DNA of 64,000 nucleotides from Sarea resinae (Eukaryota). Below, in pieces: positions 49,001 to 61,322 of this stretch. The notes under the pieces are model-generated. The model had not been told where the DNA came from. It saw nothing but the letters and a program-made list of their open reading frames with translations, and searched no databases. A program made the position numbers and the translations under genes. The DNA is taken from positions 1 to 64,000 of the forward strand of contig JAPEUD010000030.1 of the NCBI GenBank assembly GCA_026026165.1, read 5' to 3'. Within the stretch, counting starts at the first letter, position 1, and each line of letters opens with the position of its first letter.

Positions 49001-49548
49001 TAATCGTTATCAAAATCAATCCAGCGCCCGAGTCTGTCGATTGTTTCTCTCCACTCATCCGAGTATCTCATGACGATAGCTCGGCACTCTGCGTTGTACC
49101 TCTCGATTCCGAGCTGCTCCACGGCATCTCTACCAGAAACGCCCAGCTTCTTGTCGATTTCATGCTCAATAGGAAGCCCGTGAGTATCCCATCCGAATCG
49201 GCGAACGACGTGATGGCCTTTCATTGACCAGTATCGCGGAATGATGTCTTTGATGGTCGAGGCGAGCAAATGGCCATAATGTGGAACACCTGAAGATGTT
49301 TAAGCAGCCATTGACGGTTTTCAGGAATCAGAGATCATTACCGGTAGCTGCAGAAGAAACACTGAACGTTAGCAAGCACTCCAAGAGCAGCTCTGCGGGG
49401 TCAAGCGGGGCGGCACACCAAATGGGGGTCCATCGTAGAAGGCATAAGGTTCTCTCCCTTCGGACAACTCGAGTTGCCTCTGAAAAGCATCTATCTCTCT
49501 CCATCGCTTGAGGATCTCCTCTTCGGCCTTTGGAAAATCTATCGACAT
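46093..49548 (-). CDS. ILS1: Cytosolic isoleucyl-tRNA synthetase, 5 exons including a 6-nt micro-exon
   Basis: YDGPPFATGVPHYGH (HIGH) after splicing, [51 protein letters not shown]. Confidence 0.97.
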
Positions 49549-50155
49549 GTTGGCCAATTCCAAAAGGGCGAGATGGTTCAAAGAACTTCCTGTAGGAGGG
49601 TTCGAGATGACTCGCAAGTTGACCTTATAAGAAGTCTGTACAATTCCAGTGCGCCTGAGTCACGATGAATCAATTTGCTGCGACGCTCGATGGGGTTTAG
49701 CGAGGGGCACATCATATCATATCAGCATCATTGATAAGATAAGATCTCCATCGCCATTCACGAGTTATCCCAGAATCCAGATTACACTATTCTATATCTG
49801 TTGGATAATTACCTCCCAGTACGTTATCATAAGTTTCAAAGCGCTTCTAGATTTTCTCAAATTGAATATGATTCATACTCTGTCTATTTGTGGGCGGAAC
49901 TTCCCTGAAGGACTGCCATATGTCTCTAGGAGCTGCCGCAAGCTACCATGCTATGCCATCCAATGCCGTGGAAAAGCAGTCTACGCTAGGGTATAGGGAA
50001 GAAACAAAAGCAAGAGAAGACAATCGAATTGCAATATAGGTATCCATGGTGAATGATGTTGCCCTCAGTATGGCAGATAGCAAAGAATGGCAAAGCAGCG
50101 TAAGAACGATCGTCGGCTGTGAAGCACTCGAGGAGAAGCTATCCCATGACTGAGA

Positions 50156-52795
50156 TCAAGTACGATCATCTTTCATAGGCATCTCTCGTCCACTTGGACT
50201 CGTTCCGTAAGTAGAATCCGGTCTGCTTTCCGGAGGTAGAGAGACTGCTCTTCCAAGGGGACTGCCGTGATTGATAGCTCTGCCAGGCTCACGTCTAAGA
50301 TATGCTTGTCTGTTCTTGGCACCACCTGAAGGTGACGAAGGCGAAGAAGGATATGGTCGATTGCCTGGAGGATTCGAGCGGTCAGGGCTAACAACCATAG
50401 GAGAACGTGAAAGACTGCGATCTCGCAGGAGAAGAGGGGTTTCGGGGGTCTGCTCCCGAGAGTGGATAGCATAGCCGCTGGTATCCCATTCATGTGGTTC
50501 GTAGATAGGGCTCCCATAGTGCTCATCCTGACGCTGGTAGTCTTCACCGTGGCGTTTGATAGGACTCTCATCATACGGATCAAAGCCAACTCGTCGTCTC
50601 GCTTCATGACGGGCTCGACGACGGGCATCACCATCTGATCCTGCGCCGGTCGTCGAGGATTCCTCCAAAAAGAAATTCAGGAGCTCATCATTGATAGCAA
50701 GATGGGATGCTTGCTGAAATTGCTGTAAGGAAGTGAGGCGAATGAGTGATTCGAGAAGCGACAGAGAAGTGGCAATTCGAGGAGATGGTGCGGCAGCCTG
50801 CAAAGGTGACCGTGAAGAAGACGCATGACGGGGAGAGGCATGATACGATTGATTTCCAGGCGACGATGTCTCAGGTTGAGAGTGTGGCTTATTCAGATGA
50901 AGCACCGACAGGGCCGAAACAAGGCTGGACCCGGCAGCTGGCTCTCTGGATTGGCGAGAAGGTAGACTGGGAGATGACATGGAGTCTGTGTCATCTTCCA
51001 CATCCGATTCCTCAGGCTCGGGCTCCATGTACACTTCAAAGGCCATCCACTCCCGGTCTAAGTCTTTCGGCAGATGCCACGGATCTCGTGGAGGAGCAGA
51101 TGCCTGTGGTGGTTCGGAAGTGGGAACGGACGAGGCTCGCTCCTCGCGAAAGAGCTGAGCATCAAGTTCGGACTGGCTTTCATCGTGATCAGGTGGCTCT
51201 GGCTCATCATGCTCTTGTTCGGCGATGTCCTCTTCATCCCACCACTCTTCTCTCGCAGTCTTTTCCATCATTCGACGCGGTGGGAGGGCATTCATATCGC
51301 GCTTAAGTAAAAGTATCGGGCTATTGGCCTCGCCATCACTTCCTATATTCAATATCTTGCCCGTGTCTGCATAGAATATTTTTGAAAGTTGGTGAACAGG
51401 TAAAATTTCTCTGATACCAGCCAGGGCAACATCATCATAAGGCCCTGGTTGAGCTTCATCATCTTCAAACGTATGTACGCGATCATCGTCAAGGTCCTCG
51501 ACAATTGAAAGCTGGTATGAGAATTCATCGGCTTTGCCTTCACCAGCGAGATGAGGCGGCAAATTACTTTCGCCTCCTACCGCGTCCATGGCATAACGAG
51601 GGAGCGGACTGCTGCGATAGGTCTGGTGTGGCGATTGTGTTTTACTTAGAGAAAAGTCGTCGGAATAGTCTAATGGCACACGAAGTAGCTTAACGCGTGC
51701 TTTGTGAACGACCTCTTTCCAAGTGGTCTCTCGAATGCCTTCTTCGTCTTGCGGTCGATAGGCGTGCCCCGAGAAAAGCATGTACATGGAAAGAGTAAAT
51801 ACAGGGCCGATCTGGACGGGTGCCCATGGTGCGCCGGAATACTGGCTATCTCCTGTAGTCAGGAAGTAGCTCGCCTGGAGCAGTCTCGAGGGCGAAACGG
51901 TAGCGGGCAAGCTACTAGAGAGCCTTGCTCCTGAGGTGGTAATGGCGAGATTGATTAAAGGGACCGCGTCGTCGATCTGTTCTAGTAATTTGCGTAGATC
52001 TCGAGTGATAAGCTTGAGCTCAACGTCATTCCGAGGGCGAGCTTTGCCCTTGGTCTGATTTTGAAGGGCAAGCTCTTCCGCACTCGCAGCTTTTGCGATC
52101 CGGACTCCGAGAGCCTGGATGTCGTAGCGGATGGTCTTAGTTAGAGACACAGCCGACTCAAGAGAAGTGTTGCCACGAGCAGCTCTGTTCTGTCATCAGC
52201 ATTTGGCGAAGAATAATTGATTTTAAAGGCAGATATGGTATACATTAATTCGATCATATCAATGGCGGGGGAAATGATCTAAGATTGTGTCAGTGCAAGT
52301 CCGGGAATTCTATCCTTTATCCTTGTGAGAAGAAAAAGTGATGAATTTGTTATTCTTTCAATAAGCCAGAAAAAAAGAAGAAGAGAGCACTGCAACAGCA
52401 GCAAGACAAGAAAGGGTTCAATTTGAAAGCTCGACAGACCTGCATCTGTTTCTGCAGGCGAGCTTGGAGAGACTTCAACTCATCGCCCCCGTCACCTTCA
52501 ACAGTCTGCATACATCAGTCAGTACTTTCCAAAATTCTAGAAACAATGGAGGCGCACGTCATACCTTTAGAAGCCGTGAACATTGTCGAATGGCGTAGCC
52601 ACTGGTGATGGTGATTCCCGAGCTTGACGCAATCACAATGAGCCCTTGGTTTCAGGATTCAACAGTGGATGGAAGAGTTGACGCACCGGATGGCATAGTT
52701 CATTGCCTGCTGGGTGATCTACAGAGCCTTCTCAGTCTCCAAACCCCCAGAGACAACCAGTAAACACATACCTTGCCCAGAAAGACATCCATCAT
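50156..52795 (-). CDS. YRB30: RanGTP-binding protein, Yrb30 family, multi-exon
   Basis: Spliced N-terminus MDVFLGK/ITQQAMNYAIR/SGITITSGYAIRQ, ISPAIDMIEL, ARGNTSLESAV, AVPLINLAITTSG, SPSRLLQAS, SLSLLESLIRLTSLQQFQQ. Confidence 0.85.
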
Positions 52796-53059
52796 GACTG
52801 GGATTGATCAGGCAGCTGGCTTTTGGGCCGATTCAAATCCAAACAGCCATTTCCACGTCGAACAGCAGGTGGAAAACGAGTCCGATACGACCGAGATGGC
52901 AGTTATGAGTCAAGATGATTGCAGCAGCAGCCGATTGTTGGTTGATATTGGGCCACTCCAGAACAAAACAGACGTAGTAGGAGTAGGAGCTGGAGGTGCA
53001 GGTGAGGTACCTGGGACCGCCCGATCCAAGGTCACTTGCGCGCTATCGAGAGGCGGGGT

Positions 53060-53095
53060 GATACAAGGCGATACAAGGCGATACAAGGCGATACA
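53060..53095. repeat. Perfect 10-bp direct repeat (GATACAAGGC)x3.5 in the YRB30/SUP35 divergent promoter
   Basis: Read directly. Confidence 0.9.
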
Positions 53096-53605
53096 TGACG
53101 ACGTTTGCCGATCAGGCTGCCCATTCTTGAAGCGGCGTCAGGTCTGGGCCCTCGCACACGGCAGGATTGCGCCTTTGGGACGCTCTGCCATGCCGCCTTT
53201 AGCATTCTCTTCTGCTTCTGCTACCCAACGTCAGTCATCCACCCTCCACCGTTGGACTGCCAGGATCCGCCCCACGCCGAAATCTTTGGTCGTCCCTTCC
53301 CTCTCCACGCCAGACTCACCGACCTCGACTCAACTCACGATCCTCTGACTCCCTGACTGTCCTCTCCTCATCTTTCGAGTCTCTCCGGAATCCTCCTCTG
53401 ACCGTCAATCACCCTTGCTCCGGAAGACTCAAGGGCAACTCGTCCGCGAACGAGAATAAATCGGACAAAGAGAGCAACATCACGTTTGTACCCTGATTGG
53501 CGCTGATTTTTCGACTGAGGGGCCTCACTTTGAGTACCATCACTTCACACGATCTGATCCCACCACCAGCAGTCCCCCGGATCTCATTCCACGCAAACCC
53601 TCACC

Positions 53606-55973
53606 ATGTCGGACCTGAATTCGTGGGAGGACGACCCAGCCGCCCAAGACGACAATCTCTCTCGTCAGACACAGCAAAGTCTGAACTTGAACGCCCAAGG
53701 CAATTCCTTCCGCCCTGGCGCTAATTCTTTCCAGCCCGGCGCACAATCCTTCCAGCCGGGACAGTACCAGCAGCAATACGGGGGATATCCACAGGGGCAA
53801 TTCGGGCAATACGGACAAAACTACAACCAAAACCAAAACCAAAGCCAAGGCTATGGGGGCTTCCAGCAGTATGGCCAGTATAACCAAGGTTATGGCCAGG
53901 GTGGCTACGGCCAACAAGGCCAACAAGCCGGTTATGGCAACACATATGGACAGCAGTATGGAGGTTATAATCAGCAGCAAGGATATCAGCAGCAACCTCA
54001 GCAGCGACAAGCTCCTGTGATTGCCAAGCGGCCAACGGCAGACGATGCGACAAACGAAAATGGAACATCGACTCCTTCACCGGCCCCTGCTGCCGCAAGT
54101 GATGCTGCCCCTGCTCCAGCCCCAACGCCAAAGGCAAAGGTTCTCTCTATCGGCGGCGATACATCAGCGGCGCCAAAGGCCAAAGTCCTCTCCATTGGTT
54201 CTGTCGTGCCTCCAGCATCGCCAGCGCCGAGCGCCGCAAAGAAGGACGCCGAAGTAGCCACTCCTGAGGAAGGATCGAAGGTGACGGCGGCCAAGGCGAT
54301 CGAGAAAACCGAGAAGGCTGCCGGATCGACTAGCGGAAAGACTTCGCCAGCACCGTTATCGGGCAAGTCGAGTCCATCGAGAGGCGAAGCCAAAGCCGCT
54401 CAACGAGAGGCTGATGCGGTCGCAAAGGAGCAGGCTGCAGATGTTGACGAGGAGACACTCGAAGAAATATACGGTAAGGAGCATGTGAACATCATTTTCA
54501 TTGGTCACGTCGATGCCGGAAAGTCGACGCTGGGAGGAAGTATCTTGTATGCCACGGGTATGGTCGACGAACGAACCATGGACAAGTATAAGAGGGAAGC
54601 CAAGGAAGCTGGCCGAGAGACATGGTACCTTTCCTGGGCACTCGACCTGACCAAAGAGGAACGATCCAAGGGCAAGACGGTGGAAGTTGGACGAGGATTT
54701 TTCGAGACGGAAAAGCGACGATACACCATTCTCGACGCACCCGGACACAAGACCTTTGTGCCTAGCATGATTGGAGGCGCCTCCCAAGCAGATGTCGGTA
54801 TCTTGGTCATTTCGGCACGAAAGGGCGAATACGAGACCGGCTTCGAAAAAGGCGGTCAGACCAGAGAGCATGCTGTCTTGGCCAAGACTCAGGGTGTCAA
54901 CAAGCTCATCGTCGCCGTGAACAAGATGGATGACCCAACCGTGGAATGGAGCAAGGCACGATACGACGAGTGCACGACGAAGCTAGCACAGTACCTCAAA
55001 TCTGTCGGCTACAACCCAAAGACTGGTAAGGTGCTTTTCAGCCTTTTATTCCCAGAACAGACTAATCAATTTCTTTACTAGATGTCATGTTTATGCCAAT
55101 CTCGGCCCAAACAACGGTGGGCATCAAGAACCGGGTACCCAAAGACCTCGCCCCCTGGTACGACGGCCCGTCGCTCCTCGAATACCTCGACGACATGACG
55201 ACGCTCGAGCGTAAAGTCAACGCTCCCTTCATGATGCCCATCAGCGCCAAATACCGCGATATGGGCACCATCATCGAAGGAAAGATCGAATCGGGCGTCA
55301 TCAAGAAGGGCATGAACTACATCCTGATGCCGAACCGCGAAGACGTCGGCATCGCGGCGCTGTACGGCGAGTCCGAGGAGGAAATCCCCGCGGCCAGCTG
55401 CGGCGACCAGGTCCGGCTGCGCGTCCGCGGCGTCGAGGAGGAAGACATCCTTCCCGGCTTCGTGCTCTGCTCACCGCGCCGTCCCGTGCACTGCGTCCGC
55501 GCGTTCGAGGCCCAGATCGTGCTCCTCGAGCTCCGCAGCATCCTCTCGGCCGGCTTCAACTGCGTCATGCACGTTCATTCGGCCATCGAGGAAGTCACGT
55601 TTGGTGCGCTCCTGCACAAGCTTGAGAAGGGCACGGGCCGCAAGAGTAAGCGGCCGCCTGCCTTCGCGGCCAAGGGCCAGAGCATCATCGCCCGCCTGGA
55701 GGTCATCGGTGGAGCCGGCTCCGTCTGCGTCGAGCGGTTCGAGGACTATGCTCAGCTGGGTCGATTTACCTTGAGAGATCAGGTAAGATTCCTCTTTTGC
55801 TATCGTCGACTTCCAATCCATCCCCTTTTTTTTCTCTTCTCGTCTCGAGGGTCTTTCCAGTCCTTCGTACACCAGTACCAACAGATTTCGCTAACCTCTT
55901 ATCCTTTCCACAGGGCCAAACAATCGCCATCGGCAAGATCACTAAACTCATCACGGACGCCACACCCTCTTAA
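53606..55973 (+). CDS. SUP35: Translation termination factor eRF3 (Sup35), 3 exons
   Basis: Q/G/Y/N-rich N domain, charged M domain, GHVDAGKS, DAPGH, NKMD, GRFTLRDQ/GQTIAIGKI. Confidence 0.97.
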
Positions 55974-56532
55974 ACGGGCATCCTCTTTTTTCATCCTCTG
56001 GCGCCTTCTTTTTCTCATTTGCCACACACCCGACCGTGTCCTTTTTTCCTTTGTTCTCGAGTCCATACAGGTTACATATACATGCGTGCATGCACGGAGG
56101 CCGATGGAGAAGGGGGAACCCCTGAAGAGGGTGGGGCGGAAATGGGGCGGAAAAAGGAGGGGGGCGGAAAGGCGGGTGATGGGTAGGTGGGTTTAGAGCC
56201 CTTCTAGGGGGGTCGAAAGCAAGCAAGCAGGAGGCAGGAGGCAGGAGGCAAGCAATCCCAAGATAAATAGACCAAAAAAGAGCTCGTTTTTCTATCATCC
56301 ATCATCCATCATCACCGCTATCACCATCATCAGTCCCGTCGTCTGTCCACCTGTCCACCTGTCCACCTATCCACCCACCTATGCCACCTATGTCACCTCG
56401 GTCACCTCGTCACGTATAAGAAAAATTGGTATTGAACTTGACGCTCTGTCTATTCTTTTCCATGGTCGTCTATTCCCATGTGTGTCTATGTGTCTATGCG
56501 TTTACTGTATACCACGATCTGATCGGTGCAAT

Positions 56533-58389
56533 CTAGCCCGCGTCCGAGTCCGCGCCCCTGTCCGAGTCCGAGTCCGAGTCGGCGTAATCCACTAGTCCGC
56601 CCCTGGCACTTGTGCCTGTGCCTGTGCCTAGACTTGGTCTTGACTGTGACTGTGACTGCGATTGTGACTGTAATTGCGACTGCGACAGTGACAGTGACCT
56701 TGATCCCCGGCTCTGGCCTGCACCTGCGCTTGGACCTGCACCAGCTGCTCCTGGTACTGGCAACGGAGCCAAGCTCTCCGTCGTGATCGTAGTAGTGGCA
56801 CCAGCGAGGAGGGGGGGCGGCGCTTGGGGTTGGTTCGGGATGGTTTGCGGATGTTCGGTTTGGGGTTGAGATTGAGGTTGAGGTTGAGATTGAGGTTGAA
56901 GTTGAGGGCCCGATGGCTCTGGTTCTAGTAGTTCTGGTTCTGGTTCCGTTCGTGCTACCGTTATCGCCGGTGCGGGTGCGGGTGCAAGTGCGGGTGCAGG
57001 TGCAGGGCTCGGGTTCGGGGCTTCGGCCTGTGTTTCTGGACGTGCTTGTGCTTGCGCCGCCATCTGCGTGGCACCTCTCTTCCTTTTCAGCCCAGCAAAA
57101 GCGGAAGCGGAGGCAGAGAAAGGCGACGGCGAGGAACGGCCCGTGCGAAAAGGATCCAGCGCTGCGCGGGTATTGGAACGTAGGTCTTGGGTCAGTTTCG
57201 CGAGCGTATTTCGTGTTGCTGTTGTTGTGGGGTCCGGTTTCGGCTTTGATTTGTGTTTGGGTTTCGTCCCTGGTTTCGGTGCAGATAGAGCTGTGTGGTG
57301 GGATCGTTGGTGTGGCGTCGAGCTTTGATGTTCCGGTTCGGGATTGATATTTGATGGATTGTGATGATGAGGATGATGAGGATGATGAGGATGATGGGTT
57401 GCATGCGAGTTTGGATTTTTGGTAAGGGATGCAGGAGCCTGCTCGATCAGCTGGAACAGCGGTTTCCCCTCCGCCCTCAGCACGGCATCCCGGCCATCGT
57501 CTTCCCCGTACCCAAACTCCACCATGCCCGCCCTCCGCGCGTCCTCCTCGTTCTCGGGCAACAACGCAATCCCCAGCCCCAGACGATCCCTCAAGTCCTC
57601 TGTAAGCTCCTCATTCTTTTCCCTCACTTTCCTCTCCGCGCGAAACGTCCGCCGCAGCCGCTTGCTCGCCGCATACGGATCGTCCCAGCGGGCATCACTG
57701 AGCGCCTTCAGCTCCTCCACCCGATACGCATTGGTGGCCGCCTGCCGCTTATCCTCCACTTTCCCCTCTAGCGCAGCAAAAGCATCATTGCGGATCCTCT
57801 CCCTCTCTTCCTCGGTCTGGAACTTCAACGCCCCCTCGGTGTCTTTATCTTCGCCCGTATCGCGCTTCTTCGCCCCCTCGGTCACCACGTACGCCGTGTT
57901 CTGCGGGTCCGTCCGGATTTCGATCGCCCCACCGCACACGTTGTGTTTCATCCGGAAGCTGTAGATTGGCGTCGAGTAGTACGCGCCTACTTTCTTTTTC
58001 TCGGCGTTGAAGCGCACGCCTTGCCCGATGATGGTCGGCTTCGTGCAGTGCGTGCACCATATCGGAAACGGCATCTCAAAGCGCACGGTCAAGATGCCTT
58101 GGGAGGATTTATTCGCGCGCGCGCCGAGGGCGTGTCTGCGTAAACATGGCGGTTAGGTATAATTGGAGGATCGCATCAGAGGTCGAAGGGATGGAGCAGA
58201 ACTTACTTGCCCGCGAGCTTATTCGCCGAAGTGGTGCCTTCGTATTCGGGCGGGACATAGCTGTGAGTTGTGTCAGATAGAAGACCAGAAAATTAGAGCT
58301 GGAGCTGGACGAACCGTCCCATATCTATAGATCGTCAGCATTAATTTGCAAGTTCTGAGCTTCGGCGCGAACTCACTAAAGCCCTGCAT
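56533..58389 (-). CDS. CWC16/Yju2-family splicing protein, CCDC130/Saf4-like subtype, with micro-exons and a long low-complexity tail
   Basis: Spliced start MQGFNMGRYVPP, HALGARA, VRFEMPFPIWCTHC, GQGVRFNAEKKKVG, IEIRTDPQN, C-terminal LVDYADSDSD. Confidence 0.88.
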
Positions 58390-59080
58390 CTTGACGGAAG
58401 ATGGAGCCCGAGCTCCTCAGATGTGCAGAGTGTCGCGGACTCGAGCACTTGCTCTTCGGAAAATGTCCGAGTCGTCTTGATACCGCTTTATTGTGGAATA
58501 TATGTGGTGATGATGGTGATGGCGATGCTGGAAGGCAACAGGTGCGGGAGGATGCGAGCTGATAAGCGATCTTATCGATCTTATCTTTCAGATTAGATCG
58601 GGTGGCCATCGGCGCAAATCAATAACTTCCTCGGCGTAAGAGCTCAGGGCTCGTGACGGCTCGACCATGACCCTCGACCTCCACCTTCGAAACATAGGAG
58701 TGTAGACTGCTCAATCTGTACTGATACTCTGTTTGCATCTTATTCTGTACTGACCAGATCAGACAGTCAGTCTGCTCTGGCTGTGCTGTGCCGTGCCATA
58801 CGGATGAAACGGCCTATCCGATCATCGGATAGAAAGTAACAGCATCGAAAGAGGACGGCTTCGATGACTACGATGACTGCGAGATGCGATTTCTATATTC
58901 CTAGATATCTAGATCTTTAACATTCCTATCTCTGTCGTATCTGTCTGCCTGTTGATGGCCCGCCCACACCCTCTACGAATGTGAAGCCCATAATCAAAAC
59001 GCCACTAACTCCCTCTTTCATTCTCTCATTCATAGATTTCCGGTTCCGGACTCGATCGCATCTCCTCTTGACTCCATCAA

Positions 59081-60844
59081 TCACTCCTTCTTCTGCCTCA
59101 CAAGCCAAGCCAAAAGATCGACCTTTGTAACCACTGCCACGGGCTTCACGCCACGGTCGTCGCGCTCGGTGACGACGGCAGCGGAATTCCACTCGAAGAA
59201 ACGCGAGAGAGCGCTGAGGGGTGTGTCGAGTGTTATTTCGATAAAGGGGCGTTTGCTATTGGTGCCGCTATTGACAGTGTCGGTGTTCGCCTCACTCGCC
59301 GGAGCTGCTGCCCCGAGATTTACGTCACGCGGATCCGTGACCACTTCTTGGATCTTCGAAAAGTCAAACATGACTTCCGAAACGGGACTGTGCGCATCCG
59401 CGCGGCCCTTGCTGAGGCGTGAGAGAAGGTTTCCTAGGGTTACGAGGCCGACAAGACGGCCGCCCTTCGGGGCCAGCACGGGCAATTGGTCGAAGCCTTT
59501 TTCGCGCATGGTTTCCACTGCGGTACTGCAAGGAGAGTTGGAGAGGATCGTGGTGATAGGCTTGAGGCGGAGCGTTCGCAGAGTTGCACCGTGGAAAGCG
59601 TCGCCTTTCGTGGTAGAGGGGAGTTGGTGGGCGGGTTGGGCGGAAGGTGAGGATGGGGCCGTGGCGGCGGGGGTCGGAGGGAGCAGGTCGTTTGCTGCTA
59701 GCCAGTCGTCGTCGGCAAACTGTTGATTTGTGAGCTCGATATGCTTTCCTGAAGCATCGAAGTACGCGTACCTTGCTAAGATAACTTCTGATGCTATCGG
59801 GCAGCACGACAACGACAACATCCCCCTTCTTCAGGCCCAAGTCCTTCACGGCCGCAACCATGGCCGCAATGGCGCTGCCGCTGCTTCCGCCTACGAGGAG
59901 CCCTTCTTCAGCAATGAGACGGCGGGCATATGCGAATGACTCTCTGTCGCCGGTCTTGTACCATTTGTCAACGACTTTCTGATCCAGCACGTCCGGGATG
60001 AAATCGTAGCCGATGCCTTCGACTTTATACGGCTCGTTCGCGTGCTCCTCGTTGAGCTGGGCGGGAAGAGCCAAGATCGAACCCTGAGGATCAGCGGCAA
60101 TGACTTTCACGTTTGGGTTATGCTTCCGGAGGCCCCTCGCAATGCCCGTGATGGTGCCTCCTGTGCCGGCTCCAGCGACGACGGCACTGATTTTGCCATC
60201 TGTCTGCGTCCAGATTTCCTCGGCGGTGCCGAACTCATGAGCAAGTGGGTTGTCTGGGTTTCCATATTGATCGAGAATATGTGCATTGGGCAGTTCTTTT
60301 TCCAGTCGCCTGGCTACGCCAATGTGCGATTCGGGCGAGTCAAAAGCGGCTTCGGTGGGCGTCCTGATGATTTCGGCGTTCAGAGCTCGAAGGACGGCAA
60401 CCTTCTCGGGAGACATCTTCTCGGGCAAGGTGATGATCGTCTTGTAGCCTAGATGCGGTCAGAGCTGACGGACGTGCGAGTCGTGGACGTGAAATTACCC
60501 TTGACAGCGGCAACGAGCGCAAGCCCAATCCCACTACGGCGAAATTAGCAATGGCTTTTCCATTTCTTGAATGGTGTTTCGTACGTGTTTCCACTCGTGG
60601 GCTCGATCAGCGTATCACCGGGCTTTATTCTCCCCGTGCGTTCGGCCTCTTCAATCATGCGCAGCGCAATCCGATCTTTCACGCTACCACCAGCATTGAA
60701 GTACTCAAGCTTCGCATACACAGTGGCTTCTATGCCCAGGCTCTGTGGGATCCGATTCAGTCGTACCATTGGCGTGTGGCCGATCTGCTGAGTGATTGCG
60801 TCCATCACCACCGGCGGGATGACGGGGGTGGTTAAAGTGGACAT
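59081..60844 (-). CDS. CYS4: Cystathionine beta-synthase
   Basis: [12 protein letters not shown]-lysine motif [38 protein letters not shown]-terminal CBS domains ([14 protein letters not shown]). Confidence 0.96.
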
Positions 60845-61322
60845 GATGCCTTCGGGTAGTGTTTCGTCGGCCTGTTCAAGCTGAGAGAGAGTGATATTGA
60901 AACCGATGAATATAGATTCGTCACTTGGAGAAGAGAGATTCGAAGAAAGTCTGGTAAGGGAGGGAGGGAAATACGGGACAGTGAGAGATGGAGGGACGGT
61001 CCCAGGTGGTGTGGCGCAATACGGGAATTCTCTGGCGAACCCCTCCAAGCCGAAAGAAGTTTTATCTCTTATCAGATCGCCGACGCTAGCCGAACCACAA
61101 CTCCTCAACCACCGCATTACCTATATTACTGCGCAGGAGATCTGCCGTCCAAAGAGCTCCTTGCGCGCGAGAAGAGAGCCTCGACATTTGAAACGTTGGA
61201 GACTATGGCGATGAACAGCGTCCTATTATCTAGCACATATTTCTAGTTCCTGATAGAGTTAGAACTCGAACGGTTATCGCCACTCGTTGCCCAGAGAATT
61301 ATGATGCCCCATCGTAACCAAC

